Part shown: one piece after another, positions 37,087-47,448 of the stretch
Numbering within the stretch: position 1 is the stretch's first letter
Layout: the number at the start of each line of letters is the position of its first letter
NCBI GenBank assembly: GCA_015069575.1
Contig: SVIH01000001.1
Location: forward strand, 114,385 to 178,384
Source of the DNA: Clostridiales bacterium
Lineage (GTDB): Bacteria > Bacillota > Clostridia > Christensenellales > QALW01
Direction of reading: 5' to 3'
DNA length: 64,000 nucleotides
Program-made: the position numbers and the translations under genes
The notes under the pieces: generated by a model
What the model was told of the DNA's origin: nothing
Databases searched by the model: none
Seen by the model: the letters and a program-made list of their open reading frames with translations, nothing else

Positions 37087-39174
37087 CTATTCAATCTCTT
37101 TTTTACTTTCTTTTTTATATGCTTTAGTGTATTTACAATCAAAATTATTGCAAAGAATTTTACCCTTAAAACCACGGATTAAAAATCCACCGCACTCGGG
37201 GCAATTTTCACCTGTAGGAAGACCTGTTGATGCAAAATCACAATCAGGATAATTTACACATCCGAAAAATTTCTTTCCCTTTTTAGAAACTCTTTGAACA
37301 AGTTTTCCGCCACATTTTGGGCATGGAACAGTAATTTCATCAGCAGGCAACGGTTTTGTTGTTTTACATTCAGGATAATTAGGACAAGCAAGGAATTTAC
37401 CAAATCTACCTGATCTGATAACCATTTTAGCGCCACATTTTGGGCAAGGTTCTTCAGTTTCAACAACAGGAACTTTTACCCTTTCAATTTGACTTGCTTT
37501 ATCAAGTGTTTTTTTAAACGGACCGTAAAAATCAGAAATAACTTTTATCCAGTCTTTACCACCGTTTTCAATATCATCAAGTTTTTCTTCCATTGATGCA
37601 GTAAACTTAATATCAACAATATCAGGAAAGTTTTCTGCCATCATATCGGTTACACATATACCTAATGTTGTTGGCTTAAGTATTTTCTTTTCGCGTTCAA
37701 TATAGTCACGCTCTAAAATTGTAGAAACTGTTGGCGCATATGTTGAAGGTCTTCCAATACCTTTTATTTCCATTTCTTTAACAAGTGATGCTTCGTTATA
37801 TCTTAATGGAGGCTGTGTGAAGAACTGTTGATTTTCAAATGCAATCCATGTAAGTTCATCACCAATTTTAAGTTCAGGTAAAGTTGTTTTTACTTCATCT
37901 TCTTTTTCTGTAGCATAAACTGTCATAAATCCATCAAAAACACGTTTTGAAGAACTTACTTTAAAAATATAATTATCATTAGCACATATTGAAACATTAA
38001 TTGTTGCATATTTAGCAGGTGCCATCTGGCATGCAACAAAACGATCAAAAATAAGTTTATAAAGTTTATACTGATCGCTTGTAAGGCTTGTTTTAACACT
38101 TTCAGGTGTAAAACTCATACTAACAGGCCTAATTGCTTCGTGAGCGTCCTGTGAGTTTTTCTTGGTTTTAAAAGTGTTAGGTTTGCTTGGTAAAAACTTT
38201 GAATCAAAATTATTTGAAATATAATCTCTAACATCATTTATTGCCTCATTAGATATACGAACTGAATCGGTACGGATATAAGTAACTAAGCCTATAGCAC
38301 CTACGCCTTGAATTTCAAGACCTTCATATAACTGTTGTGCAAGCATCATTGTTTTCTTTGTAGTAAAACCAAGTTTTCTTGATGCTTCTTGCTGAAGAAC
38401 GCTTGTTGTAAAAGGTGGTTGTGGATTATGATTTTTAAATCCTTCTTTATATTCAGATACGATATATTTAGCATCTGTAAGTTCATTTTTTATTTGTTCA
38501 ACTTGTGTTTGGTTTTTCAGCTCAATTTTACCGTTTTTATCACCATAAAAATGAACAGTAAATTTCTTTTTAGGTTTAATTGTTGATAAAATTGAATCAA
38601 GTTCCCAATATTCTTGCGGAACAAAATTTTCAATTTCCCGTTCCCTATCAACAACCATTTTAGTTACAGCTGATTGAACACGGCCGGCACTTAAGCCACT
38701 TTTAATTTTATGCCATAAAATAGGACTGATCTGATATCCTACAAGCCTGTCAAGAACACGCCTTGCTTGCTGTGCATTTACAAGGTCAACATCTATTGCA
38801 CGGGGATTTTTTAATGCATTTAAAACACAATTTTTTGTAATTTCATTAAAAACAATTCTGCACGGTGCATTTTCAGGCATTTTTAATAAGTTTGCCAAAT
38901 GCCATGAAATAGCTTCCCCCTCTCTATCAGGGTCAGTTGCAAGATAAACTTCATCTGCATTTATTGCAGCTTCTTTAAGTTCGTTTGCAAGATCTTTTTT
39001 AGCGTTTATCAAGGAATATTGCGGTTGAAAATTATCATCAATTTTTATTCCCATTTTGCTTTTGGGAAGATCAACAATATGACCGCCGCTTGCTAAAACT
39101 TTAAAATCTTTTCCTAAAAATTTGCTAATTGTTTTTGCTTTATGTGGAGATTCCACAATCATTAATTTTGCCAT
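37087..39174 (-). CDS. topA: DNA topoisomerase I
   Basis: Toprim LMIVESPHKAKTI, DPDREGEAISWH, active-site region GLVTYIRTDS, and C-terminal CPKCG zinc ribbons in tandem. Confidence 0.95.
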   Translation of the reverse strand: MAKLMIVESPHKAKTISKFLGKDFKVLASGGHIVDLPKSKMGIKIDDNFQPQYSLINAKKDLANELKEAAINADEVYLATDPDREGEAISWHLANLLKMPENAPCRIVFNEITKNCVLNALKNPRAIDVDLVNAQQARRVLDRLVGYQISPILWHKIKSGLSAGRVQSAVTKMVVDREREIENFVPQEYWELDSILSTIKPKKKFTVHFYGDKNGKIELKNQTQVEQIKNELTDAKYIVSEYKEGFKNHNPQPPFTTSVLQQEASRKLGFTTKKTMMLAQQLYEGLEIQGVGAIGLVTYIRTDSVRISNEAINDVRDYISNNFDSKFLPSKPNTFKTKKNSQDAHEAIRPVSMSFTPESVKTSLTSDQYKLYKLIFDRFVACQMAPAKYATINVSICANDNYIFKVSSSKRVFDGFMTVYATEKEDEVKTTLPELKIGDELTWIAFENQQFFTQPPLRYNEASLVKEMEIKGIGRPSTYAPTVSTILERDYIEREKKILKPTTLGICVTDMMAENFPDIVDIKFTASMEEKLDDIENGGKDWIKVISDFYGPFKKTLDKASQIERVKVPVVETEEPCPKCGAKMVIRSGRFGKFLACPNYPECKTTKPLPADEITVPCPKCGGKLVQRVSKKGKKFFGCVNYPDCDFASTGLPTGENCPECGGFLIRGFKGKILCNNFDCKYTKAYKKESKKEIE

Positions 39175-39186
39175 TAAAAAACCGCC

Positions 39187-40269
39187 TTATCTTTTTAAAT
39201 AATAATTTGCGCCTGCATCTTTTATAACATATCCGTTGATCTCAAGCATAACAAGTGCTACATTAAGACTTGCTGCATCAACTGACAATGATTCCTCAAG
39301 TTGATAAACAGAAAGTGATTCAACGCATAAAAGTTTTAAAATATCTTTTTGTAAATCATCAAGATTTTCATCATCAGGAATAGGACCAGAATCCTTATCT
39401 ACCCTAAATCTTCCAAACTCTGCTAAAATATCGTATGGATCAACAGCACAAATACAACCTGATTTAATTAAAAAATTAGAACCTGCACTTGTTGTTGAAT
39501 GAATACTTCCCGGAATTGCATAAACATTTTTATTTTGTTCTAAACAATGATCAACCGTAGTTAATGTGCCGCTTGGTAGCCCCGCTTCTGCTACAACAAG
39601 GCAATCTGATAGCCCTGCAATAATTCTGTTTCTATATGGAAAATATGGTTTTTGAGGTCTAACAGATAAAGGAAATTCACTAATCACAAGACCTGTTTTA
39701 CATATTTCTTCATATAAATTTCTGTTGCTTGAAGGATAAATATAATCAATACCGCAAGCAAGAACTGCTATTGTTTTACCATTATTATTAATTGCAGACC
39801 AATGTGCACAGGCATCTATTCCTTCAGCCATACCTGATACAACACATATATCATTTTTAACAAATGTATCGCAAAAATATCTTGTGCATTCTTTCCCATA
39901 AGAAGAATATTTTCTTGAACCGATAACTGCTATATTATTTCCACCTGTTAATTGCAAATCACCAATATAATAAAGAATTGGTGGTGGAAATTCAATATTC
40001 TTTAAACAAAATGGATAGTTATCAGAATGATAAAATGTTATATGAATATTGTGTTTTTCAATAAAATCAAGTAAATCTTTACACTTAAGCTTCCAATTTT
40101 CATTTAAAATTTCATTTTTAACTTCCGTAGAAAGTGAAATTTCATCATTAAATATACCTTTTATAAACTCGTCAACATCGCTGTACTTAAAATATAATTT
40201 TGAGAAAACGTTTAAATTCATCTTATCAATATTATGTAAATAAAGCCAAAATAGATCGTTTCTTAACAC
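39187..40269 (-). CDS. dprA: DNA processing protein DprA (Smf)
   Basis: Rossmann-like core IAVIGSRKYSSYG...VVSGMAEGIDACAH...GSIHSTTSAGSNFLIK. GTG start with a GGAGGA RBS. Confidence 0.85.
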   Translation of the reverse strand: MLRNDLFWLYLHNIDKMNLNVFSKLYFKYSDVDEFIKGIFNDEISLSTEVKNEILNENWKLKCKDLLDFIEKHNIHITFYHSDNYPFCLKNIEFPPPILYYIGDLQLTGGNNIAVIGSRKYSSYGKECTRYFCDTFVKNDICVVSGMAEGIDACAHWSAINNNGKTIAVLACGIDYIYPSSNRNLYEEICKTGLVISEFPLSVRPQKPYFPYRNRIIAGLSDCLVVAEAGLPSGTLTTVDHCLEQNKNVYAIPGSIHSTTSAGSNFLIKSGCICAVDPYDILAEFGRFRVDKDSGPIPDDENLDDLQKDILKLLCVESLSVYQLEESLSVDAASLNVALVMLEINGYVIKDAGANYYLKR

Positions 40270-40333
40270 TATTCTTCCTCCATTTACAAATATTAGATAA
40301 ATACAATATATAATAAAAAAGATAACATGTCAA

Positions 40334-40365
40334 CAAAAATTAAGCACTCGTTATTATACGGGTGC
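40334..40365 (-). terminator. Probable terminator after the FtsX/ABC operon
   Basis: Minus strand gcacccg-tataataa-cgagtgc (one wobble pair) followed by ttaatttttg. Confidence 0.4.
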
Positions 40366-40405
40366 AAAATTTTGAACCATTTATTACAATAATTAATAAA
40401 AAAGT

Positions 40406-41293
40406 CTAATTTGGTATTAAAACAATTCTTCCATCTTTATCAAACTCGATTTTAATACGGCTCATAGGTTCAATATGTGCTTTTTCAAGCAATTCTTGGG
40501 GTATCTGCATTCGTCCAACACGATCAACAAATACGTATTCCTGATGAGTTTGTTCTTTTTCTGTATCCTTATGTTCAAAAACAAGATCTGTTGTATTTTT
40601 ATCAAGTTTAAGATATTCTGTACTTATTCTTCCATCTTTAATTTTAATAACCCTGTCAACTTTAGCAGAAAGTTTAAGGTCGTGTGTAACAATAATAACC
40701 GTAACGCCAAGTTCTTTATTGATTTTTCTGAACAAATCAAGAATTAAGTTTGCAGTATTATTATCAACTGCACCTGTTGGTTCATCAGCAAGTAAAATTT
40801 TAGGATTATTAGCTAATGCCATCGCAATAGCTACGCGTTGTTGTTCTCCCCCTGATAAAGCAAATAATTTTGAATGTGTTTTATCACCGATTCCAACAAT
40901 ATCAAGAAGTTTCTGCGCAAACTGACGGTCTGCTTTTTTACCTATTATTTCCATAGGTAAAACAATATTATCAATTACAGAAAGATATGGCAAAAGATTT
41001 CTTGCACTGTTCTGCCACACAAAAGAAACAATGTTTCGTTTATAGTCAAGTGTTTCTTTTTCATTCATTTTTGAAATATCTATACCTGCAACTGTAATAT
41101 TTCCTGCACTTTGTTTATCAAGAGCGCCTAAAATATTTAAAAAAGTACTTTTACCGCTTCCACTTGCACCAATAAGTGCAATAATTTCACCCTCATTAAT
41201 GGAAATATCAAGCCCTTGTAATGCAAGAACTTCCGTTTGTTCAGTTTTATAAATTTTTACAAGATTTTCGCAAGAAATAATAGGCGTTGTCAT
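40406..41293 (-). CDS. ABC transporter ATP-binding protein (MacB/LolD-type) with an about 70-aa C-terminal extension
   Basis: [32 protein letters not shown]. The extension ends ..RVGRMQIPQELLEKAHIEPMSRIKIEFDKDGRIVLIPN, which resembles an AbrB/MazE-type swapped hairpin. Confidence 0.85.
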   Translation of the reverse strand: MTTPIISCENLVKIYKTEQTEVLALQGLDISINEGEIIALIGASGSGKSTFLNILGALDKQSAGNITVAGIDISKMNEKETLDYKRNIVSFVWQNSARNLLPYLSVIDNIVLPMEIIGKKADRQFAQKLLDIVGIGDKTHSKLFALSGGEQQRVAIAMALANNPKILLADEPTGAVDNNTANLILDLFRKINKELGVTVIIVTHDLKLSAKVDRVIKIKDGRISTEYLKLDKNTTDLVFEHKDTEKEQTHQEYVFVDRVGRMQIPQELLEKAHIEPMSRIKIEFDKDGRIVLIPN

Positions 41294-41985
41294 TTTTTAT
41301 TCCCCCTTAAATCTTGAATATCACATATCATACCATCATCAATTGTATAAATATAATCAGCAAATTCCATTATACCCTGATCGTGTGTAGTCATAATGAT
41401 AGTCGTATCTTCTTCGTTAATGATTTGGTGAAAAACATTCATAATTGATTTTGATGTTTCGCTATCAAGTTGTGCAGTAGGTTCATCTGCAAAAATAATT
41501 TTAGGTTTATGTACTATTGCACGGGCAATTGCAACACGTTGCTGTTCACCGCCAGACAACTGATAAGGCATATGAAACGCTCTGTTTTTAAGCCCTACAA
41601 GGTCAAGACAATGTAAAATTCGTTCTCTATCCAAAGGAAGCCCCGCAATACGCAACATGAATTCAACATTATCATAGGCGCTCATTGAACCAATTAAAGC
41701 AATTGATTGAAAAACAAATGAAATATAGTTTTTGCGTAATTTATCTTTTTCATTTTCAGATAAATCAGTAACATCAGAATCGTTAATAAATACTTTGCCC
41801 TTTGTTGGTTTATCAAGCAAACCTAAAATATTCATTAACGTAGTTTTACCGCTTCCTGATCTACCTTTTAGAACCGTTAACGCTTGTTCTTCAATAGTAA
41901 TATCTATATGTTTAAGTACCTTAACAGAACCTTTTGTTAAAGGAAAATCACGGCAAATATCTGTTCCTTTAATTATTACACTCAT
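41290..41985 (-). CDS. ABC transporter ATP-binding protein (MacB/LolD-type), second ATPase
   Basis: [32 protein letters not shown]. Overlaps the next ATPase gene by 4 nt. Confidence 0.85.
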   Translation of the reverse strand: MSVIIKGTDICRDFPLTKGSVKVLKHIDITIEEQALTVLKGRSGSGKTTLMNILGLLDKPTKGKVFINDSDVTDLSENEKDKLRKNYISFVFQSIALIGSMSAYDNVEFMLRIAGLPLDRERILHCLDLVGLKNRAFHMPYQLSGGEQQRVAIARAIVHKPKIIFADEPTAQLDSETSKSIMNVFHQIINEEDTTIIMTTHDQGIMEFADYIYTIDDGMICDIQDLRGNKK

Positions 41986-41988
41986 ATT

Positions 41989-44817
41989 TTATTCCTCACC
42001 CAGTTTAATTGCTGTTGTTGATTTAATACGCTTAAGCATAATAATACCCGCTATAATTGAAACACTAACTAGAATAATAATAAATAATATAAGTTTGATT
42101 ATATCAAGGTAATTAAAATCAAAAATATATGATGGCATTTGGTTCATACTATCAAATGCTGACTGTAATAACGGCGCAAACAAATATCCTGAACATACAC
42201 CCGATAATATACCTAATATAACAGGTGCAATGCAAATAAGAATCTGTTCCCACAAAACCATTTTGGATATTTCAGAAAATGACATACCAAGTGCACGCAT
42301 TGTGCCTATCTGCAATGTTCTTGATTTTATAGAAATAATCCAGTATATTATAAAGCCTATTGCACAAATAAAAATCACACAAATAAAACCTAATGTTAAC
42401 GATCCGTTAGTTGCCTGTCTTAATGGATTTATTTTACCCATATGTTTTTCAGTTGAACAGTTAACAATGTTTTCAAGGCGAATATTTGCCTTATCTTCGT
42501 AATTTTCCGTATTAATACCAAGTTTAATCGTTAATGATTTTAATTCATTAATAGATTTATCTGTATTCATCCATACAGAATACGGTTGATTAGGTGCAAT
42601 AGAATCAATACTTTTTACATTAACAACAATTAAATAATTATCTTGTTTTATTCCTGATAAATTTTTAGTTTCAGCAATGTATGTAGGAAATGTATCAACA
42701 ATTTTTTTAATACGATATGTTTCTACATATCTTGATTTTAAAGATGAATCGGGTTTTAAGTTAATAAAATCGTTTTCATTTAATTGCAAAGCCTGAGCAA
42801 CATTTCTTGAAATTATGCAACAATTTGCATCACTTGCAAGATCATTTAAGCATTCATTAAACAAACTATCATCCCATTGAACAATATCATTGAATTCCTG
42901 CGGATTTATAGCAAGCATTTTAACATTGTCATTTATACTTTGACCTCGTCTTGAACTGATTCTGGGAAGATTACCTGTAACAACCCTTGTTGCTTCAATT
43001 CCTTCAACATCATTATATATAAAACGCCTGTTGATATTATTATTTTCCTGAACAGAATAAAACTTAACATCTGCCATAATATCACACGGATACAAATAAT
43101 TTAATGAATTATCAATATTATAATTTAATGTTCTTGAACAAACAGATGCAAAAGAACCAATTGCAACAGTAAGTGTTAAAAATATAATAATAAATCTTTC
43201 TTTTGTTGCTAAATTTTTCATTCTTGAAAATGCAGTATATTTAGCAGGATTCCATTTTCTTTTTCCTAAATTAAAGAAAAATTTAATTAATAATGGATAA
43301 ATAATAACAAGCAATAACGCAATAAAAACAAAAATACATATTAAAAATACATATGCAAGAGGCTGTATACCGCCATTTGAGGTAAACACACCTTCTTTTT
43401 GATAAACAAGATTATAATATGAATAACCTGCAATTACAGCCGAAATTATTGCGCCTATTGTAAGAAAAATAAAACTGAGTGCTTTATTGGATGTTTTTCT
43501 TTTTTGTTCAACTATCTCAATCTTTGAAACATTATAAACAGGTATTAACATAGTTAATAATGAAATAATTGAAGCAATTAAACAAAAAATTATACTGGAA
43601 ATATTTAAACTTACTTTTATTGGCGCCCTTTGACCAAATTCAAGGAATCCAGATGAAGCACCTAAAAAATTACACAAAGTTATTGATAATAACGGTGCTA
43701 CAATAAGGCTGATTAACAATATTGCACCGCCTTGTAAAAAATACAAGAACAATATTTGTTTTCTTGATGCACCCCTTGATGTTAACATTGAAATTTCATT
43801 TTTATCTTTTTCAACAACAAATCCGGAAATCATAAAAATAAAATAAATTATTAGTAAAAAAACTGGAGAATAAAATAAAATCAATAAAATATTAACTGCC
43901 TGAACATTATCATAATAAGTTACATATTGTTCAATTGGCGGAATAATTGTTTTTGTATTACCTGATAAACTCCATATTTTAATATTATTTTCAAGGCTCT
44001 TTATTGTAGAAATTGTTTTGTCAATATTATTAATATTGAATTGTGTAAAATCACCTGCATAATACCAGGTAACATTTGAACACAAGTCTTTTTGTTTAAA
44101 AATGTAGTCAAAATATGTATTATAATCACAGTATAATTCTATACCTGCATCTTTATCTATAAATGGACTATATGAATCTTCAATATAATCAAAAATACCA
44201 ACAATTTTAATGCTTAATAACGGTGATTCTTTTGAATTAACATCAAAAATTTCTTTATTGTACGCTAAATCAAGCGTAGTACCTACAACATATTTATGAC
44301 TAATGTGTACTGCACGGCTTATTATTACTTCAATACAACCTTTTTCATCAATATTGTTTGATGGCATTCTACCGCTAATAATATTTACTGCGTTTTCATA
44401 TGTATCAGTAGCTTTTAAAACAACCTTATTTAAGTTGCTTAATTTTTTATCCCTATTATCTTTTGCAAGCATTGTGGCACAAGATAATGTTGTGCTTTTA
44501 ACAAGGGGTGGCATATAAAGACCTGGAAAAATATTATTATTTAAATAATCATTATAAAAGTTAAAATTATCAAAATTAGTTGATTCTTCATCACGCCTTG
44601 TAAACGAAGAAAGTGGACAAGAAACAATAACCGAACTTGGCGAAACAGCTGTTGAATCCTGATAATTTTCAAGTTGAGTAATGAGCATACGGTGTGATAT
44701 TGCTTGTGAATACATAGGAATAGTGCACGAAATAATAACTGCACATAAGATTCCGGCAAAAAGCGATAACATCAGTATTTTGTTGTTGATGATTTTTTTA
44801 ATTGCAAGTAACAGCAT
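41989..44817 (-). CDS. Large FtsX-family ABC permease (942 aa, two FtsX-type TM bundles with large extracytoplasmic domains)
   Basis: N-terminal TM, a large loop, a four-helix bundle at about aa 310-500, a second large loop, and a C-terminal helix bundle. This architecture matches duplicated MacB/FtsX permeases. Confidence 0.7.
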   Translation of the reverse strand: MLLLAIKKIINNKILMLSLFAGILCAVIISCTIPMYSQAISHRMLITQLENYQDSTAVSPSSVIVSCPLSSFTRRDEESTNFDNFNFYNDYLNNNIFPGLYMPPLVKSTTLSCATMLAKDNRDKKLSNLNKVVLKATDTYENAVNIISGRMPSNNIDEKGCIEVIISRAVHISHKYVVGTTLDLAYNKEIFDVNSKESPLLSIKIVGIFDYIEDSYSPFIDKDAGIELYCDYNTYFDYIFKQKDLCSNVTWYYAGDFTQFNINNIDKTISTIKSLENNIKIWSLSGNTKTIIPPIEQYVTYYDNVQAVNILLILFYSPVFLLIIYFIFMISGFVVEKDKNEISMLTSRGASRKQILFLYFLQGGAILLISLIVAPLLSITLCNFLGASSGFLEFGQRAPIKVSLNISSIIFCLIASIISLLTMLIPVYNVSKIEIVEQKRKTSNKALSFIFLTIGAIISAVIAGYSYYNLVYQKEGVFTSNGGIQPLAYVFLICIFVFIALLLVIIYPLLIKFFFNLGKRKWNPAKYTAFSRMKNLATKERFIIIFLTLTVAIGSFASVCSRTLNYNIDNSLNYLYPCDIMADVKFYSVQENNNINRRFIYNDVEGIEATRVVTGNLPRISSRRGQSINDNVKMLAINPQEFNDIVQWDDSLFNECLNDLASDANCCIISRNVAQALQLNENDFINLKPDSSLKSRYVETYRIKKIVDTFPTYIAETKNLSGIKQDNYLIVVNVKSIDSIAPNQPYSVWMNTDKSINELKSLTIKLGINTENYEDKANIRLENIVNCSTEKHMGKINPLRQATNGSLTLGFICVIFICAIGFIIYWIISIKSRTLQIGTMRALGMSFSEISKMVLWEQILICIAPVILGILSGVCSGYLFAPLLQSAFDSMNQMPSYIFDFNYLDIIKLILFIIILVSVSIIAGIIMLKRIKSTTAIKLGEE

Positions 44818-45425
44818 TAAAATAACACCACCTTTTCGCCAACATTTAAACCAGATATAACTTGGTAATATTTTTCATTTGAATAGCCAACTTTTATTTG
44901 TTTTTCAACCAAAAGATTATCATCATTAACAGAATAAACTAAAGCATTACCTTCATCATCTAATAGCGAAACTGCATTTTGTGAAACAAGCATACAATTT
45001 GATTGTTCAAATGTTATAACAAAAAATTTACCTGGCCAATTAAACTTCAAATCATTATCTAAATTTTTATGCTGAGCATAAATTGAACCGGCTATATCAC
45101 TTTGATTTTCCACAAGTGTTGCTTCTAAAGTAATAATTTCATTATTGTATTCATATGAAACATAACCTTTTTCACCAATAAAAAACCCTTGCTCTTTTAG
45201 TGTTCCGCTTGTTGTATATAAACCATCATTTTTGTAATTGCCTCTAAAACTTTTTTCTATTTTTAAATCTCCAATAAATACTTCCGTAGTCTTATATTCG
45301 CTATATGTTGGAAATTCATTAACAGGTGGTGCGATCGGTTCAAAATTATTTGAACATCCGCACAAAACAAATAATATAAAAATATAAAACAATAAAAACA
45401 TTTGTTTGCAAGTTAATTTCATCAT
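44817..45425 (-). CDS. Lipoprotein, possibly an adaptor (membrane-fusion-like C-terminus) of the ABC system
   Basis: Signal peptide with LCGC lipobox-like cleavage site. The C-terminal YYQVISGLNVGEKVVLF resembles the ends of MFP beta-barrel domains. Its stop overlaps the permease start. Confidence 0.5.
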   Translation of the reverse strand: MMKLTCKQMFLLFYIFILFVLCGCSNNFEPIAPPVNEFPTYSEYKTTEVFIGDLKIEKSFRGNYKNDGLYTTSGTLKEQGFFIGEKGYVSYEYNNEIITLEATLVENQSDIAGSIYAQHKNLDNDLKFNWPGKFFVITFEQSNCMLVSQNAVSLLDDEGNALVYSVNDDNLLVEKQIKVGYSNEKYYQVISGLNVGEKVVLF

Positions 45426-45562
45426 TTACCTCACTATAAAAAATAAGCCTATGCTTTGTCCTTAATTTGTAATAGAGTTTCTCTTATATAATTTCATTTT
45501 ATATTTTTTTGCGTATTTTATCAAGAATATTCTTATGTATTTACAAAATATTTACAGTTATA

Positions 45563-45591
45563 TTGACCAAATATAAACTTTAAGATATAAT
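45563..45591 (+). promoter_or_regulatory. Sigma-A type promoter for the rRNA methyltransferase gene
   Basis: TTGACC, 17 nt, then TATAAT. Confidence 0.45.
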
Positions 45592-45617
45592 ATAGCAAAG
45601 ATTTTTGGAGAAAAATT

Positions 45618-46961
45618 ATGAAAAAAAATGATATTATAACACTAAATATAGAAGATTTAAATAGTGATGGCGCAGGCGTTGGCAGATATGATGGTCTTGT
45701 AGTTTTTGTACCCTATGCCTTGCCCGGTGAAACTGTAGAAACTTTAATAATTAAAGTAACAAAAAATTATGCAGTTGGAAAAATTCAAAAAATAATTAAA
45801 AAGGCAAATGAGAGAATTGAACCCAAATGCCCTTATTTTTACCGTTGCGGTGGCTGTGATTATCAGCACATAAATTATAATGATCAGCTACAACTTAAGT
45901 GTTCTTCAACAATAAAAAACATTCATAAAATTTCACAAAACAAAGATATTAAGATTAAAAAAATAATTGGTGCAGATGAATTGTGGAATTATAGAAACAA
46001 AGCACAGTTTCCCGTTTCAAAAGATAAAGAAAACAATGTTATAATGGGCTTTTTCTCATCAAAAAGTCACCGCGTTGTTTCTATTGATAAATGTATTTTA
46101 CAAGATAATAAGTGCAATAGTATCATTGAACCAATAAAAAAAATCATAAAAAAGCACAACATAAGTATTTATGATGAAATCAATCATAAAGGCATTTTAA
46201 GGCATATAATTGCTCGTGCAAGCAAAAATGAACTTATGGTTATTCTTGTTACAAATTGCAACGAAAAACTTCCTGATAATTTTATAAATGATATAAAAAT
46301 TACACTACCTTTTATTACTACCCTTATACAAAATATCAACACAAAAAAAGGTAATATTATTTTAGGTTCAAAATGTATTACCTTGTTTGGCAAAGGCTAT
46401 ATCAATGATATTCTTTGCGGAATAAATTTCCGTTTGCGACCACTTGCATTTTTGCAAGTTAATGCTAATCAAGCAGAAAAACTATATAATACAGCGCTTG
46501 AATATGCAAATTTAACAGGTAATGAAATTGTTTTTGATGCATACTGCGGTATCGGCGTTATGAGTCTTATGCTTGCTAAAAAAGCAAAAAAACTTATTGG
46601 TGTTGAAATCGTTCCAGAAGCCATTGAAACTGCCAAAGAATCAGCAAAATTAAATGGCATAAACAATACTGAATTTATCGTTGGTGCTTGCGAAGATGTT
46701 CTTCCACAACTTCTAAAAAAAGGTGAAAATCCTGACGTTATCGTTGTTGACCCACCTCGCGCAGGCTGTGAAGCAAGCCTTATAAACGCAATTGCAGAAA
46801 ATAATATTAAAAAAATTGTTTATGTTTCCTGTAATCCCGCAACATTGGCAAGAGATATTAAACTTTTTAACGAACTTGGTTATTCATGTTCTGACGTTAC
46901 TTTTGTTGATATGTTTTGCCATACAAAGCATATTGAAAGCGTAATATGTTTAACAAAATAA
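45618..46961 (+). CDS. 23S rRNA (uracil-C5)-methyltransferase, RumA/RlmD family
   Basis: TRAM domain start, Fe-S cysteines CPYFYRCGGCDYQH, SAM motif DAYCGIG, VVDPPRAG, VSCNPATLARD. Confidence 0.85.
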   Translation: MKKNDIITLNIEDLNSDGAGVGRYDGLVVFVPYALPGETVETLIIKVTKNYAVGKIQKIIKKANERIEPKCPYFYRCGGCDYQHINYNDQLQLKCSSTIKNIHKISQNKDIKIKKIIGADELWNYRNKAQFPVSKDKENNVIMGFFSSKSHRVVSIDKCILQDNKCNSIIEPIKKIIKKHNISIYDEINHKGILRHIIARASKNELMVILVTNCNEKLPDNFINDIKITLPFITTLIQNINTKKGNIILGSKCITLFGKGYINDILCGINFRLRPLAFLQVNANQAEKLYNTALEYANLTGNEIVFDAYCGIGVMSLMLAKKAKKLIGVEIVPEAIETAKESAKLNGINNTEFIVGACEDVLPQLLKKGENPDVIVVDPPRAGCEASLINAIAENNIKKIVYVSCNPATLARDIKLFNELGYSCSDVTFVDMFCHTKHIESVICLTK

Positions 46962-46986
46962 AAGCACCTTTTCAGGTGCTTTCATT
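46961..46986. terminator. Bidirectional intrinsic terminator between convergent genes
   Basis: aaagcacct-tttc-aggtgcttt perfect hairpin flanked by A and T runs. Confidence 0.55.
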
Positions 46987-47448
46987 TTATTTATCTGTTT
47001 TTTTAAGTAATGTTGTAAGTTCCTTCATAAATGAATCAATATCTTTAAACTCACGGTAAACGGAAGCAAAACGAACGTATGCAACCTGATCAAGCTCCAT
47101 AAGTTTATCCATAATGATTTCACCGATTTCAATAGAACTGATTTCATGGTCAAGTGAACTATGTACCTGACGGTCAATATCATTTACAACATGTTCTATC
47201 TGTTCAACAGAAACCTTACATTTTTCACAGGCTTTCACGATACCGCGGCGAACTTTATCAATTTCAAAAAGTTGCCTGCTGCCGTCTTTTTTAACAACCA
47301 TAACAGGTGAAGTTTCTATTTTTTCATAGGTTGTAAAACGTTTACCGCATTCGGGGCATTCCCTACGCCTACGAATTACACTACCTTCTTCTGTTGGACG
47401 GGAATCAAGTACACGGCTATCTAAACATCCGCAAAACATACATCTCAT
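46987..47448 (-). CDS. nrdR: Transcriptional repressor NrdR
   Basis: Zinc ribbon MRCMFCGC...CPECGKRFTTYE followed by an ATP-cone domain. Confidence 0.92.
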   Translation of the reverse strand: MRCMFCGCLDSRVLDSRPTEEGSVIRRRRECPECGKRFTTYEKIETSPVMVVKKDGSRQLFEIDKVRRGIVKACEKCKVSVEQIEHVVNDIDRQVHSSLDHEISSIEIGEIIMDKLMELDQVAYVRFASVYREFKDIDSFMKELTTLLKKTDK

